This document shows, in pieces, positions 1 to 9,632 of a stretch of DNA of 64,000 nucleotides. Position 1 is the first letter of the stretch. Each line of letters begins with the position of its first letter. The stretch comes from an uncultured Bordetella sp. (lineage in GTDB: Bacteria > Pseudomonadota > Gammaproteobacteria > Burkholderiales > SG8-41): assembly GCA_964531455.1 (NCBI GenBank), contig CAZHFZ010000010.1, positions 8,806-72,805 on the forward strand, given 5' to 3'. Under the pieces are notes generated by a model, which saw only the letters and a program-made list of their open reading frames with translations, did no database searches and had not been told where the DNA came from. The position numbers and the translations under genes are program-made.

Positions 1-1
1 G

Positions 2-958
2 TGGCAGGCCAATACCTTGCGCGATCATGAATGGCACGGTCGGGACCAGTCGCTCAAGTTTGCGGCGATCCGGGCCATGTCCCCCGGTATGGCTGAGCCA
101 CCACTCGGTGCCGCGGCATCGGGTTGGGGGCCGGCCTCGGAAGCCATACGAGGTACCGGTCCCGCTGTATTGCTGAACCTGAATGCGGATGTCGCAGTTC
201 AGGCGGCGTGGCTTGAGCAACATGCGCCGGGATATCTGTTGACCTACCCAAGCAATCTAACTGCACTGGTTGCGCATTTTTCACAAAGCGGCAGGCGTAT
301 TGCCGGTTTGCGCGCGGTGCTTTGTGTCGGCGAAACCGTTTCACCGGCGTTGCGCATGTCCTGTCGCAACGTGCTTGGCGCGGACATTGAGGATGTCTAC
401 AGCTCGCAGGAACTCGGCTACATCGCGCTGCAGTGCCCTGTCAGCAGTCAGTATCATGTGATGGCGGAGACCATGCTCGTTGAGGTAATCGACGTTAACG
501 GCAACCCCTGCGGGCCCGGCGAAACCGGGCGCCTTGTGGTCAGCAGCCTGCACAATATGGCGATGCCGCTGATCCGTTACGTCGTTGGCGATCTGGCAAC
601 GGTGGGCACCGCTTGTGCCTGTGGCCGTACGCTGCCGACGCTGGCACGCATCGCAGGCCGTGAACGTAATCTGGTGCGTTTGCCGGACGGTACGATGCAT
701 TGGCCGCTGGTCGGATTCCATCGTTTCCGGGAAATTGCTCCGATCCGCCAGTACCAGTTGATTCAGCAGACGCTGCATTCCGTAGAGGTACGACTGGTCT
801 GTGACCGTCCCCTGAGCGGCGAAGAAGAAGCGCAGCTTGCAGCGGTGATCTGTGAAGCACTGACATACGCGTTCAGTTTGCATTTCACGTATTTTGAAAG
901 GGAACTGCCCAGAGCAGCTAACGGCAAATTCGAGGAATTTGTCTGCATGATCAGGTAG
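2..958 (+). CDS. Adenylate-forming enzyme of the phenylacetate-CoA ligase (PaaK)/F390-synthetase-like family, C-terminal ~318 aa; 5' end outside window
   Basis: Frame is open from base 2 (no stop before the first ATG at 17). Motifs SSQELGY, GETGRLVVSSL, RYVVGDL and a C-terminal NGKFEEF resemble PaaK/CapK-type acyl-adenylate ligases. Confidence 0.55.
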   Translation, partial: WQANTLRDHEWHGRDQSLKFAAIRAMSPGMAEPPLGAAASGWGPASEAIRGTGPAVLLNLNADVAVQAAWLEQHAPGYLLTYPSNLTALVAHFSQSGRRIAGLRAVLCVGETVSPALRMSCRNVLGADIEDVYSSQELGYIALQCPVSSQYHVMAETMLVEVIDVNGNPCGPGETGRLVVSSLHNMAMPLIRYVVGDLATVGTACACGRTLPTLARIAGRERNLVRLPDGTMHWPLVGFHRFREIAPIRQYQLIQQTLHSVEVRLVCDRPLSGEEEAQLAAVICEALTYAFSLHFTYFERELPRAANGKFEEFVCMIR

Positions 959-1073
959 TGCCGGTTGGTAGTGGCATGGATGTTGCTGAGTCATCCGGAA
1001 CGTGTCACCGCGGTCGCAAGCCGCGGCTGTGACGCCATCCGCAACACGCCACTACAGAGGGAGAACGCCTGCC

Positions 1074-2072
1074 ATGCCTGTTCCCGGCCACCACGAACTG
1101 TCGACCATCTTGGTGCGCGCAGCACTATGTGCGTGCATGGCGGTTTCCACGGCTTTTGCCGCGGACCAGACTTATCCTAACAAACCGATTCGTCTGATTG
1201 TCCCGCTGGGACCAGGCAGTTCTGCCGATATCATTTCGCGCATCATCGGTGCAGAACTCACAAAATCGCTAGGGCAGCAAATCGTGGTGGATACCAGGCC
1301 CGGAGCCGGCGGAGCCATAGGTACGACACAGGCTGCGCGTGCCACCCCCGATGGTTATACCTTGCTGCTCGGAACCAACGGCACGCTGGCGATCAATATC
1401 GGCCTCTACAAGGATCTCAAGTACGATCCGGTGAAGGATTTCCAGCCCATCGTCAATCTCGGCGCCGTGGTCAATGCGCTCAGCGTTCATCCGTCCAATC
1501 CGGCTAAGGGGGTGATGGATCTCGTGGCGCAGGCCAAGATGAAGCCGGGGGTTCTCGGCTACAGCTCTGGCGGTTCGGGCACCTCGCACCATCTTTCGGG
1601 CGAATTGCTGAAGACGATGACCGGCATCGACATTGTGCACGTGCCTTACCGAGGTGCTGCCGAGGCTGCGGGATCGGTGATTTCCGGTGAAACGGCGATG
1701 ACGTTCCAGAACATCCCGGTGGTGCGCGGACACATCCAGCAGGGTCGTCTGAAAGGCCTGGGGACTACGGGACTCAAGCGCTCCGAATTTCTCCCGGACT
1801 TGCCGACTTTGGACGAGCAGGGCCTGAAGGGATATCAGGTTGATGCATGGTTCGGATTTTTTGCGCCGACCGGAACGCCAGCGCCCATCGTGACCCGGCT
1901 GAATGCGGAGGTGTTGCGCATTCTGGCCAATCCCGCAGCCCGGGCTTCACTGCAGAAAGCCGGATTCCAGCAGGTTGAACCGCTGCAACCCGCAGCGTTC
2001 GGCAAACTGCTGCAGGCGGAAATAGCGCGCTGGGTGCCGATCGTCAAAGCCGCAGGCGCGCAGGCGAACTGA
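1074..2072 (+). CDS. Bug/TctC-family periplasmic substrate-binding protein (tripartite tricarboxylate transporter family)
   Basis: Signal peptide (CACMAVSTAFA/AD). Motifs PNKPIRLIVP..GPGSSADI and VVDTRPGAGG are typical of Bug proteins. Start moved to ATG 1074, behind a GGGAGA Shine-Dalgarno. Confidence 0.85.
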   Translation: MPVPGHHELSTILVRAALCACMAVSTAFAADQTYPNKPIRLIVPLGPGSSADIISRIIGAELTKSLGQQIVVDTRPGAGGAIGTTQAARATPDGYTLLLGTNGTLAINIGLYKDLKYDPVKDFQPIVNLGAVVNALSVHPSNPAKGVMDLVAQAKMKPGVLGYSSGGSGTSHHLSGELLKTMTGIDIVHVPYRGAAEAAGSVISGETAMTFQNIPVVRGHIQQGRLKGLGTTGLKRSEFLPDLPTLDEQGLKGYQVDAWFGFFAPTGTPAPIVTRLNAEVLRILANPAARASLQKAGFQQVEPLQPAAFGKLLQAEIARWVPIVKAAGAQAN

Positions 2073-2099
2073 CGCGCCAGCGGACTGATTACCCGAAAA

Positions 2100-2777
2100 T
2101 CATTGCAGCGCGCCGAATACCTTCTTGACGATTGCGCTGCTGGCGCCGACCGGGTTCTGGCGGAATGATTTTTCCTGTTCGGCGATCATCAGGTACAGGC
2201 CGTCGAGCGCCTTGCGCGTGACATAGGTTTCGATCGAGGCATCATCCTTTTTCACAAGACCCAACGATGCGCCCTGTCCTGCGAGGCTGTTGTATTGCTG
2301 GGCAAGACCGACGCGGTCGGTCGACTTCTTGACGATGGGCAGGAAGCGCTGCGTCAGCTGTTCCTGGGTGGTGCGCCGGAAATAATCCGTGGCCGCCGTA
2401 TCGCCGCCGGTGAGGATGGCCTTGGCATCCTGAACCGACATTTTTTTCACGGCCTCGACCAGCAACTGCCGGGCCTCAGGAGCAGCGGCTTCGGCCGCAC
2501 GGTTCATCGACAGAACCAGCTCGTCCGCCTGTTTTTTCATGCCCATCATGCGCAGGCCGCTTTCAATTTTCTGCAAACTTGGCGGCAGTGGAATTTTGAC
2601 CTTGGCATTGCCGAAATAGCCGTTATCCTGCCCCAGCATTTTTACCGCCACTGCTGAACCATCGGTCAGCGCCTGCTTCAAACCGCTGACGGCATCAGCA
2701 TTGCTGAGGTCAGCAATGCCTGCTGCCGCCGGCAGGGCCATGACAAACGACAGCAGAACTCCGAGAATACGCAGCAT
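2100..2777 (-). CDS. DUF4197-like secreted protein
   Basis: Signal peptide (ALPAAAG/IADL). About 225 aa, with an LSNADAVSGLKQAL N-terminus and an MNRAAEAAAPEA core, as I remember for DUF4197 proteins. Confidence 0.65.
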   Translation of the reverse strand: MLRILGVLLSFVMALPAAAGIADLSNADAVSGLKQALTDGSAVAVKMLGQDNGYFGNAKVKIPLPPSLQKIESGLRMMGMKKQADELVLSMNRAAEAAAPEARQLLVEAVKKMSVQDAKAILTGGDTAATDYFRRTTQEQLTQRFLPIVKKSTDRVGLAQQYNSLAGQGASLGLVKKDDASIETYVTRKALDGLYLMIAEQEKSFRQNPVGASSAIVKKVFGALQ

Positions 2778-2807
2778 CTTGAACTCCTTGGCAGATAAGG
2801 TAGCGGC

Positions 2808-3311
2808 ATGACAAAAGCCGGAAATCTGATTTTAGCCGCGGTCGTTGCCGGTGCGATAGCTTTCGCGGCGTTCGCTTTGTGGAGCGCTCGCCCGCCTGCA
2901 CCGCAAGTGACTTTTGTTTCCCTCCAGGGAGAGAAAATTACTACTGCCAGCCTGCGCGGCAAGGTGGTGCTGGTCAACTTCTGGGCAACCGACTGCGTGA
3001 CCTGCATCAAGGAAATGCCGGATATCACTGCGACTTACAACAAGTATCGAGCGCAGGGATTCGAAACCATCGCGGTGGCGATGCGGCATGATCCGCCGAA
3101 CTATGTCCTGAATTATGTCGACAAGAACAAGCTGCCGTTTACGGTTGCGCTGGACCCCATGGGAGAACTGGCCAAAGCCTTCGGCGAAGTGAAGCTGACG
3201 CCGACTACATTTGTGATCGACAGGCAGGGCAAAGTGGTGACGCGGATTCTTGGCGAACCTGACTTTGCGAAGTTACATGCACTGCTGGAAGAAAAGCTGA
3301 AAGAAACCTAG
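2808..3311 (+). CDS. TlpA/ResA-like membrane-anchored thiol:disulfide oxidoreductase
   Basis: N-terminal TM helix and a thioredoxin fold with a WATDCVTC (CxxC) active site. Confidence 0.8.
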   Translation: MTKAGNLILAAVVAGAIAFAAFALWSARPPAPQVTFVSLQGEKITTASLRGKVVLVNFWATDCVTCIKEMPDITATYNKYRAQGFETIAVAMRHDPPNYVLNYVDKNKLPFTVALDPMGELAKAFGEVKLTPTTFVIDRQGKVVTRILGEPDFAKLHALLEEKLKET

Positions 3312-3359
3312 CCACGGAGATCACGGAGACCCCCCGGGTTTTTCTGCACAGCCGTTTTT

Positions 3360-3384
3360 AAAGGACATCTGGTTTTGTCCTTTT
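3360..3384 (+). terminator. Possible intrinsic terminator after the TlpA-like gene
   Basis: Hairpin AAAGGACA-(8 nt)-TGTCCTTT followed by TTCTTCC. Confidence 0.4.
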
Positions 3385-3452
3385 CTTCCCTGTGCTTTCT
3401 GTGCACCCCTGAGGAGGGTATTGAGATCCTATGGGGCTAAAGAGGGTTGTTC

Positions 3453-4391
3453 CTAAATCACCCCGGCATCATGCGCCTGCTGGTCGGCGTGGTAAGAAGA
3501 ACGCACCAGCGGTCCGCTGGCGGCATGGCTGAAGCCCATGCGTTCGGCTTCAGCGGCATACATGTCGAAGGTCTTCGGTTCGACATAACGCAGCACCGGC
3601 AGGTGGTGCCCCGAGGGCTGCAGGTACTGCCCGATGGTCAGCATGTCGACGTCATGTGCCCGCAGATCACGCATGGTGTCGAGTATTTCTTCGTCGGTTT
3701 CGCCCAAACCGACCATCAGGCCCGACTTGGTCAGGACATTCGGGAAACGCGCCTTGAAGTCCTTCAACAGCTTGAGCGAGTGTGCGTAGTCTGAACCGGG
3801 TCGTGCTTGTTTATACAGCCGCAGTACGGTTTCCAGGTTGTGGTTCATCACGTCAGGCGGCCCGGCTGACAGGATATCCAGTGCGATGTCGAGGCGGCCG
3901 CGGAAATCCGGCACCAGGATTTCGATTCGAGTCTGCGGCGACTGTTCGCGCACCGCGCGGATGCAGTCCTTGAAATGCTGGGCGCCGCCGTCGCGCAGGT
4001 CGTCGCGATCGACGCTGGTGATGACCACGTATTTGAGCTTCAGTGCAGCAATGGTTTCGGCCAAGTGACGCGGCTCGTCGGCATCAGGGGGCTTGGGCCG
4101 GCCGTGGGCGACGTCGCAGAACGGGCAGCGCCGAGTACACAGGTCGCCGAGGATCATGAAGGTGGCGGTGCCTTTGCCGAAACATTCACCGATGTTCGGA
4201 CAGGTCGCTTCTTCGCACACGGTGTGCAGCTTCTGCGAACGCAGGATGTCCTTTATTTCCTGGAAACGCGCGCTGTTGCCGAGGCGGACGCGGATCCAGT
4301 CGGGTTTTTTCAACGGAGTTGAAGGAACGATTTTGATCGGGATCCGGGCGGTTTTCGCCTGGCCCTTCTGTTTCTCGCCGGAGGTGGTCAT
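3453..4391 (-). CDS. lipA: Lipoyl synthase
   Basis: Radical-SAM CTRRCPFC plus the auxiliary-cluster motif [12 protein letters not shown]. Full-length LipA-like. Confidence 0.95.
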   Translation of the reverse strand: MTTSGEKQKGQAKTARIPIKIVPSTPLKKPDWIRVRLGNSARFQEIKDILRSQKLHTVCEEATCPNIGECFGKGTATFMILGDLCTRRCPFCDVAHGRPKPPDADEPRHLAETIAALKLKYVVITSVDRDDLRDGGAQHFKDCIRAVREQSPQTRIEILVPDFRGRLDIALDILSAGPPDVMNHNLETVLRLYKQARPGSDYAHSLKLLKDFKARFPNVLTKSGLMVGLGETDEEILDTMRDLRAHDVDMLTIGQYLQPSGHHLPVLRYVEPKTFDMYAAEAERMGFSHAASGPLVRSSYHADQQAHDAGVI

Positions 4392-5035
4392 TGCAGTTTT
4401 TCCAGAAGGCAGTGGATCAGACGTTCGCCGATTTGGGTGCGATTGTCAGTGATGCCGAGATCAGCTGTGCGGGTGACTTCAAGCCCGGGATAGCCGCAGG
4501 GGTTGATGGCCGTGAAGGGTGCAATATCAACATCAACATTCAGTGCAAGGCCGTGATAACAACAGCCGTTGCGCACGCGCAGTCCGAGTGCGGCGATCTT
4601 GGCATCGCCCACGTAAACACCGGGGGCCTCAGGCCGGCCATGTGCCGTGATGCCGTAACCTGCCAGCACGCTGATCACAGCCTGCTCCATCAGCCGGACC
4701 AGCGGCCGAACCGACAGTCCGCGCCGGCGCAGATCAAGCAACAGATAGGCGATGAGTTGCCCCGGACCGTGGTAGGTGATTTGTCCGCCGCGGTCGATGC
4801 GTATTACTGGAACGCCATTGTCGATGCGCGGCCAGTGTTCGGTTTTGGCGGCAATGCCTGCGGTATAGACCGGCGGGTGTTCGAGTACCCAGAGTTCGTC
4901 GCGGGTGTTGTGGTCGCGGGCCAGCGTGAACTCGCGCATGCGTTCCAGCGTCGGGGCGTACGGCACTGTCCCGAGGCGGTGAACAAGCGGCGGTTGCGGA
5001 GTTACGGCAGCCGGCATGGCGGAGAGGTCAGACAC
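4388..5035 (-). CDS. lipB: Octanoyl/lipoyl-[ACP]:protein transferase
   Basis: [14 protein letters not shown] and NPCGY motifs. 4-nt overlap with lipA. Confidence 0.9.
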   Translation of the reverse strand: MSDLSAMPAAVTPQPPLVHRLGTVPYAPTLERMREFTLARDHNTRDELWVLEHPPVYTAGIAAKTEHWPRIDNGVPVIRIDRGGQITYHGPGQLIAYLLLDLRRRGLSVRPLVRLMEQAVISVLAGYGITAHGRPEAPGVYVGDAKIAALGLRVRNGCCYHGLALNVDVDIAPFTAINPCGYPGLEVTRTADLGITDNRTQIGERLIHCLLEKLQ

Positions 5036-5108
5036 GGTGCGACCGGCAGGTCAGTGCCGGTAATGATGGGATAATGGCATGTGATTATAGGACGTTCGGG
5101 AGACTGCA

Positions 5109-5618
5109 GTGCGCACGTATGTGGCTGGAATATCGATATTGGCCCTGATGCTGGGAGTTGTTTTGCCTGCCGGAGCCGCGGAAAACAGCGGGAATCCGGA
5201 TTCCCGTTACGGGGCCAGCCTGAGCCGGATTTATCTGGCGCATCAGAAGGTGCTGGCTGTGCGCGATGCCTGCGCCCAGGCGTTTCCTGCGCAGGAAAAG
5301 GCTGGCGAAAAGGCCTACGCAACATGGCAGTCCCGGCACCGGGCACTGCTGAACGAGCTCGATACCCGTGTTGTCATGATGATCCGCGGCTCGTCCAGGG
5401 ACGAGAAAGACTACATGCGCAATATCGGCAAGTATGAAGGGTCGGTTCTCGAATACCGCAACGGGGAACGCGATGACCTGCTGGCGCAGCCGCGCGATGG
5501 AATGGAGCAGGGGTGCGCCGATTTTCGCAACTACCTCATCGGCTCCGGATCGGATTTCAACCGGGAATACGCCGACGAATTGCGTGTGCTGCGTCAGCGT
5601 AAATTGCCGCAACGATGA
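5109..5618 (+). CDS. Hypothetical secreted protein
   Basis: GTG start and a signal peptide (LPAGAA/EN). I recognise no family. Coding frame preferred over the antisense ORF 5085..5666. Confidence 0.45.
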   Translation: MRTYVAGISILALMLGVVLPAGAAENSGNPDSRYGASLSRIYLAHQKVLAVRDACAQAFPAQEKAGEKAYATWQSRHRALLNELDTRVVMMIRGSSRDEKDYMRNIGKYEGSVLEYRNGERDDLLAQPRDGMEQGCADFRNYLIGSGSDFNREYADELRVLRQRKLPQR

Positions 5619-5645
5619 GCCCCGCGAAGGGCGCGGTTTTCGTAC

Positions 5646-6272
5646 GTGATTGAAAAAGAGCGCCAAGTCTTCGTTGTCTGCCTGGTCTGGGCGATCGCCC
5701 TTGTCGCCTCAGGCATCTCACCGTACGACCGGCTGACCTGGCTGATGGAAGTGTTGCCGGTCCTGATTGCAGCGCCGCTGATGATTGCCACGCGGGGGCG
5801 CCTGCCGTTGACAACGCTGGTCTATGTGTTGATTACGGTTCATGGCCTGATCCTGGTTTACGGCGGGACATACACTTACGCCCGCACGCCGTTCGGGTTC
5901 TGGTTGCAGGATGTTCTTGGCTTCATGCGTAATCCCTACGACCGGGTCGGCCATCTCGCCCAGGGATTCGTGCCGGCCATGGTCGCGCGGGAACTGTTGT
6001 TGCGGGTGTTCGGCATCAGTGCCCGCAAAATCCTGTTTTTTCTCGTGGTTTGCATTTGCCTTGCGATCAGCACTTTTTACGAACTGATTGAATGGTGGAC
6101 GGCATTGCTGATCGGAGCTGAAGCGGACGAGTTTCTTGCCACGCAGGGTGATGTCTGGGATACCCAGTGGGACATGTTCCTTGCGCTGATCGGCGCAATC
6201 GCGGCGCAGTTGCTGCTGGCGCGATGGCACGACCGCCAGCTTGGGCGAATGGCGCCGGTTACAGGACCATGA
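5646..6272 (+). CDS. DUF2238 (YjdF-like) inner-membrane protein
   Basis: Multi-TM protein with DRLTWLMEVLPV, GGTYTYA and YDRVGHLAQGF motifs typical of DUF2238. Confidence 0.7.
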   Translation: MIEKERQVFVVCLVWAIALVASGISPYDRLTWLMEVLPVLIAAPLMIATRGRLPLTTLVYVLITVHGLILVYGGTYTYARTPFGFWLQDVLGFMRNPYDRVGHLAQGFVPAMVARELLLRVFGISARKILFFLVVCICLAISTFYELIEWWTALLIGAEADEFLATQGDVWDTQWDMFLALIGAIAAQLLLARWHDRQLGRMAPVTGP

Positions 6273-6543
6273 CCACCATCGGGTGATCGCACAGTTCCTG
6301 ATACAGCGCGTCCAGTTGTTCGCGCGAAGTGGCGCGGATCACGCAGGTCACGCTGAGATATTTCCCTTTTTTGCTGGTTTTCATTTCCAGAGAGGCGTCG
6401 TCAAAGTCAGGTGCATGGCGTTTCACGACCGCGAGGACGGCCTGTGCGAAACCGGCCTGGCTGTGACCAAGAATTTTCAGCGGAAAATCGCAGGGATACT
6501 CGATCAGCGACGGCTGTTCGCCGCCGGCGCCCGCTGTGTTCAC
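6259..6543 (-). CDS. ybeD: DUF493 protein YbeD
   Basis: YPCDFPLKILG signature, and the conserved position next to lipB. Confidence 0.8.
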   Translation of the reverse strand: MNTAGAGGEQPSLIEYPCDFPLKILGHSQAGFAQAVLAVVKRHAPDFDDASLEMKTSKKGKYLSVTCVIRATSREQLDALYQELCDHPMVVMVL

Positions 6544-7400
6544 GTCGCTTGTCTCATTTGATCCTGCTTGAACTGCTGATACAGCGCGTGCATGCGCCTG
6601 AACAGCGTGCCGGGCCGGCCATCACCGACGGGTTTGCCGTCGAGCGTTGTTACTGCAAGCACTTCCTTGGTCGATGAGGTGACCCATATTTCATCGGCGC
6701 TGCGCACCTCGGCTTCGCTGACCGCGCGCACTTCAAGTTCGAATTCACGGGCGCGGGCGATTTCGAGCACCACGTCGTAGGTGATGCCGGGCAATACGAG
6801 ATTGTCCTTGGGCGGAGTCAGCACGACGCCGTTTTTGACAATGAACACATTGCTTGACGACGCTTCGGTCAGTTTTCCGTCACGGAACAGGATGGTTTCA
6901 GTGGCGCCGACATCCGCCGACAACTGGCGCAGCAGGCAGTTGCCGAGCAGCGATACTGACTTGATGTCGCAGTTCAGCCAGCGGTAATCCTCAGCGCTGA
7001 CGCAGGCGACGCCGGAGTCGACCAGTGCGGGCGACGGTGTCACCAGCGGATTGCTCATCATGAATACCGTCGGCGTAACCCCCTTGGGGAACGCGTGGTC
7101 GCGTTTGGCCACGCCGCGGGTGATCTGGAAGTAGACCGACTGGTCGTTACCATCGTTGCGTTTGACGATCTCGTTGACCAATTGCGTCCACTCGGCGTCG
7201 CTGTGCGGATTGGTGATGCGCACCTTGTCGAGGCTGTATTGCAGCCGGCGCAGGTGTTCGGCGAGGCGGAACGGATGTTTTGAATAAACCGGTACCACCT
7301 CGTAGACGCCATCGCCGAAGATGAAGCCGCGGTCCAGTACGGGAACGTAGGCTTCGTCGATGGGCAGGAATTTGCCGTTCAGGTAAACGATGTCGGTCAT
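6540..7400 (-). CDS. dat: D-amino-acid aminotransferase (fold-type IV PLP enzyme)
   Basis: DRGFIFGDGVYEV and FQITRG motifs. 4-nt overlap with ybeD. Confidence 0.75.
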   Translation of the reverse strand: MTDIVYLNGKFLPIDEAYVPVLDRGFIFGDGVYEVVPVYSKHPFRLAEHLRRLQYSLDKVRITNPHSDAEWTQLVNEIVKRNDGNDQSVYFQITRGVAKRDHAFPKGVTPTVFMMSNPLVTPSPALVDSGVACVSAEDYRWLNCDIKSVSLLGNCLLRQLSADVGATETILFRDGKLTEASSSNVFIVKNGVVLTPPKDNLVLPGITYDVVLEIARAREFELEVRAVSEAEVRSADEIWVTSSTKEVLAVTTLDGKPVGDGRPGTLFRRMHALYQQFKQDQMRQAT

Positions 7401-7464
7401 GGTTGATCCGTTTTTGGTTTCGTTATGGATATGGGTCTTCAGTCAGAATCTCATGCCCGGGCGC

Positions 7465-8682
7465 TTATTTGAACAACAGCCGCAGCGAATCCCAGGCGCG
7501 ACCGAAGATGCCGGCGACCGGAACGGCTTCAAGTGCGAATACCGGCAACTCACGATACGGTTTGCCGTCGATTTCCAGTTTGAGTGTTGCCACTCGCTGG
7601 CCGGGCGAGACCGGTGCGAGCAGCGGCTGCACGCTTTCGACAGTGGCCTTGATTTTGTCGCTCTGGCCTTTGGGCAGCGCCACGAAGAGATCGCTGGTGA
7701 AGCCGGCTTTGAGCATGTCCGTAGAGCCTTTCCAGACACGCAGTTGCGTCACGGGCTGGTTCCGCGAATACAGTTTCACGCTGTCGAAGAACTGGAACCC
7801 CCAGTTCAACAGTTTCTGGCTTTCCGTGGCGCGGGCGCTTTCGGATGCGGTGCCCAGCACTACTGACACCAGCCGGCGGTCGCCGCGGCGAGCCGAGGTG
7901 ATCAGGCAGTAGCCGGCGTTTTCGGTGTAGCCGGTCTTGACGCCGTCGACTGTGGGGTCGAGCCACAGCAGCCGGTTGCGGTTGGCTTGGGTGATGTTGT
8001 TGTAGCGGTATTCTCTTTGTGAATACAGAGCGTAATGTTCCGGAAAATCGCGGATCAGCGCGACCACCAGCAGGGAGAGATCCTGGGCAGTGGAATACAG
8101 ATTGGGACCGGTGAGGCCCGTGGCGTTGGTGAAGTTGGTGTTGACCATGCCCAGACGTTTGGCTTCGCGGTTCATCATCTGCGCGAAAACCTCTTCGCTG
8201 CCGCCAATGGCCTCGGCCAGCGCGACACTGGCATCGTTGCCGGACTGGATGATCATGCCGCGCAGAAGGTCTTCGACGATGACAGGCCTGTTCGGTTCGA
8301 TGAACATGCGCGAGCCCTCGGCTTTCCATGCGCGGGTCGAAACCGGAATTACCTGATCGGGTTTCAGCGATTTCTGCTTCAGCGCGCTGAAAGTCAGATA
8401 GGCGGTCATCAGCTTGGTCAGCGATGCCGGTTCGAAGCGTTCGTTGGCATTATGGCTGGCGAGTACCTGTCCGCTGTTGAAATCGAGCAGCAGCCAAGCG
8501 CGTGCCTCGACGGAGGGGGCGGTGGGCGGCGCGAGCTGGGCTGTGGCGGAGAAAGCCAGGAAGCACCCGATCAGGGCGGCGAAGAAACGGGTGGTTGATC
8601 GGCAGAACAAGCGGGAGAATAAGTGGGGCACGGAGCGTTCCATTCGCGGAAAAGGTCGGATTATAGCCAAGGGTGCGTGCAT
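7465..8682 (-). CDS. D-alanyl-D-alanine carboxypeptidase (PBP5/6 class); start uncertain (alternative ATG 8643)
   Basis: Signal peptide, plus SLTK (SxxK), SGN and KTG (GVKTGYT) motifs. Confidence 0.85.
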   Translation of the reverse strand: MHAPLAIIRPFPRMERSVPHLFSRLFCRSTTRFFAALIGCFLAFSATAQLAPPTAPSVEARAWLLLDFNSGQVLASHNANERFEPASLTKLMTAYLTFSALKQKSLKPDQVIPVSTRAWKAEGSRMFIEPNRPVIVEDLLRGMIIQSGNDASVALAEAIGGSEEVFAQMMNREAKRLGMVNTNFTNATGLTGPNLYSTAQDLSLLVVALIRDFPEHYALYSQREYRYNNITQANRNRLLWLDPTVDGVKTGYTENAGYCLITSARRGDRRLVSVVLGTASESARATESQKLLNWGFQFFDSVKLYSRNQPVTQLRVWKGSTDMLKAGFTSDLFVALPKGQSDKIKATVESVQPLLAPVSPGQRVATLKLEIDGKPYRELPVFALEAVPVAGIFGRAWDSLRLLFK

Positions 8683-8730
8683 CCCGGCTTCAGGAAGTGA
8701 CCGGGCGCAGCCTGCGGAGTTCCCACGCCC

Positions 8731-8910
8731 CTAATCGCCGTCGCGATAACGTCTCAATGCTGTGCGCAGGAAATCAAACTGTGTGCTGACACGGCGGCAG
8801 CGCACGCAAATTGCGAGATGCGCACGCAGGCGCAAGCGCTCGACCAATCCGAGCGGCCGGTCTTGCGATTGCGATAGCAGCATCGATGACTGCTTGCAGG
8901 ATGGGATCAT
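8731..8910 (-). CDS. 59-aa zf-HC2-type putative anti-sigma factor (absent from the supplied ORF track)
   Basis: My reverse-strand translation is MIPSCKQSSMLLSQSQDRPLGLVERLRLRAHLAICVRCRRVSTQFDFLRTALRRYRDGD*. It contains H-x3-C-x2-C. Its ATG overlaps the sigma-factor stop (ATGA). Confidence 0.6.
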   Translation of the reverse strand: MIPSCKQSSMLLSQSQDRPLGLVERLRLRAHLAICVRCRRVSTQFDFLRTALRRYRDGD

Positions 8911-9491
8911 GGCTGTTGTCCGTCAAACCAGGTCATTTCCAGGCATTCACGCAGCATCAACCGCGCACGATGCAGCATGACCCAGCAGTTGGTCGTGGTG
9001 ATGTCCAGTTCCTGACAGATTTCATCGGTGGTCATTTCCATCACCTCACGCATCGTAAACACCTTTGCAGTGCGGGCGGGCAGTCGTTGCAGGCACAGCT
9101 CGAATGCCGACCAGAAGCGGCTGTTTTCGAAGGCTTTTGCCGGACTGCCCCACTGGGCGGGAAACTCGCGCCAGTGACCATCCTCCACAAAAAGCGCATC
9201 GACAGCGTCGGCTTCGGAACGGTCATCATCGGCGCTGACAAGGGGCTGTTCGCGGCCACTGCGCCGCAGGTGGTCGATGATCTTGTGTTTGAGTATCCCG
9301 GTGAGCCAGGTACGCAACGACGAGCGACCGGAGAAACGTTCACGGCCTTCCAGCGCGGCGAGCAAGGTTTCCTGGACGGCATCTTCCGCCTGCGCCGGAT
9401 TGCGCAACTGCAACAGCGCGTAACGCAGCAGATAAGCGCGTTCCTGTTCGATGGCGGCCGGCTGGGCAGCTGGAATTTTGTCAGAAGGCAA
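8907..9491 (-). CDS. ECF-type RNA polymerase sigma-70 family factor
   Basis: Region 2 (AEDAVQETLLAA..TWLTGILKHKIID) and a region 4 HTH (TTDEICQELDITTTNCWVMLHRAR). Confidence 0.85.
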   Translation of the reverse strand: MPSDKIPAAQPAAIEQERAYLLRYALLQLRNPAQAEDAVQETLLAALEGRERFSGRSSLRTWLTGILKHKIIDHLRRSGREQPLVSADDDRSEADAVDALFVEDGHWREFPAQWGSPAKAFENSRFWSAFELCLQRLPARTAKVFTMREVMEMTTDEICQELDITTTNCWVMLHRARLMLRECLEMTWFDGQQP

Positions 9492-9559
9492 ATAAAACCT
9501 TTAAAAACAATTACTTATAATTTAAATGTCCGTGCATGCGAACCGCAGTCGTCGCAGCC

Positions 9560-9588
9560 CTTGAAATGCTGTTTGCACCACCCATATT
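9560..9588 (+). promoter_or_regulatory. Sigma-32 (RpoH)-type heat-shock promoter for hsp20
   Basis: CTTGAAA, a 13-14 nt spacer, then (A)CCCATAT, compared with the consensus CTTGAAA-N13-15-CCCCATNT. It lies 45 nt upstream of the hsp20 ATG. Confidence 0.55.
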
Positions 9589-9632
9589 CCTTGCAACGGC
9601 GCAGGGCGCCACATTTATTCAAGGAGAACATC

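Noticed and set aside
3313-3329. Tandem CACGGAGA-T-CACGGAGA, and nearby CTGTGC-TTT-CTGTGC, in the tlpA-lipA spacer
   Set aside because: These are very short repeats in a convergent intergenic region. They are more simply explained as terminator-region sequence, with no copies elsewhere in the window.
9588-9625. RNA-thermometer-like pairing of TCCTTG (9588..9593) with the hsp20 SD region CAAGGA (9620..9625)
   Set aside because: The upstream arm overlaps or precedes the predicted -10 element and transcription start of the sigma-32 promoter, so it is probably not in the mRNA.
8811-9632. 5' extension making the hsp20 ORF 416 aa
   Set aside because: The extension runs antisense through the ECF sigma and anti-sigma genes. 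The real start, ATG 9633, has an AAGGAGA SD and a sigma-32 promoter directly upstream.
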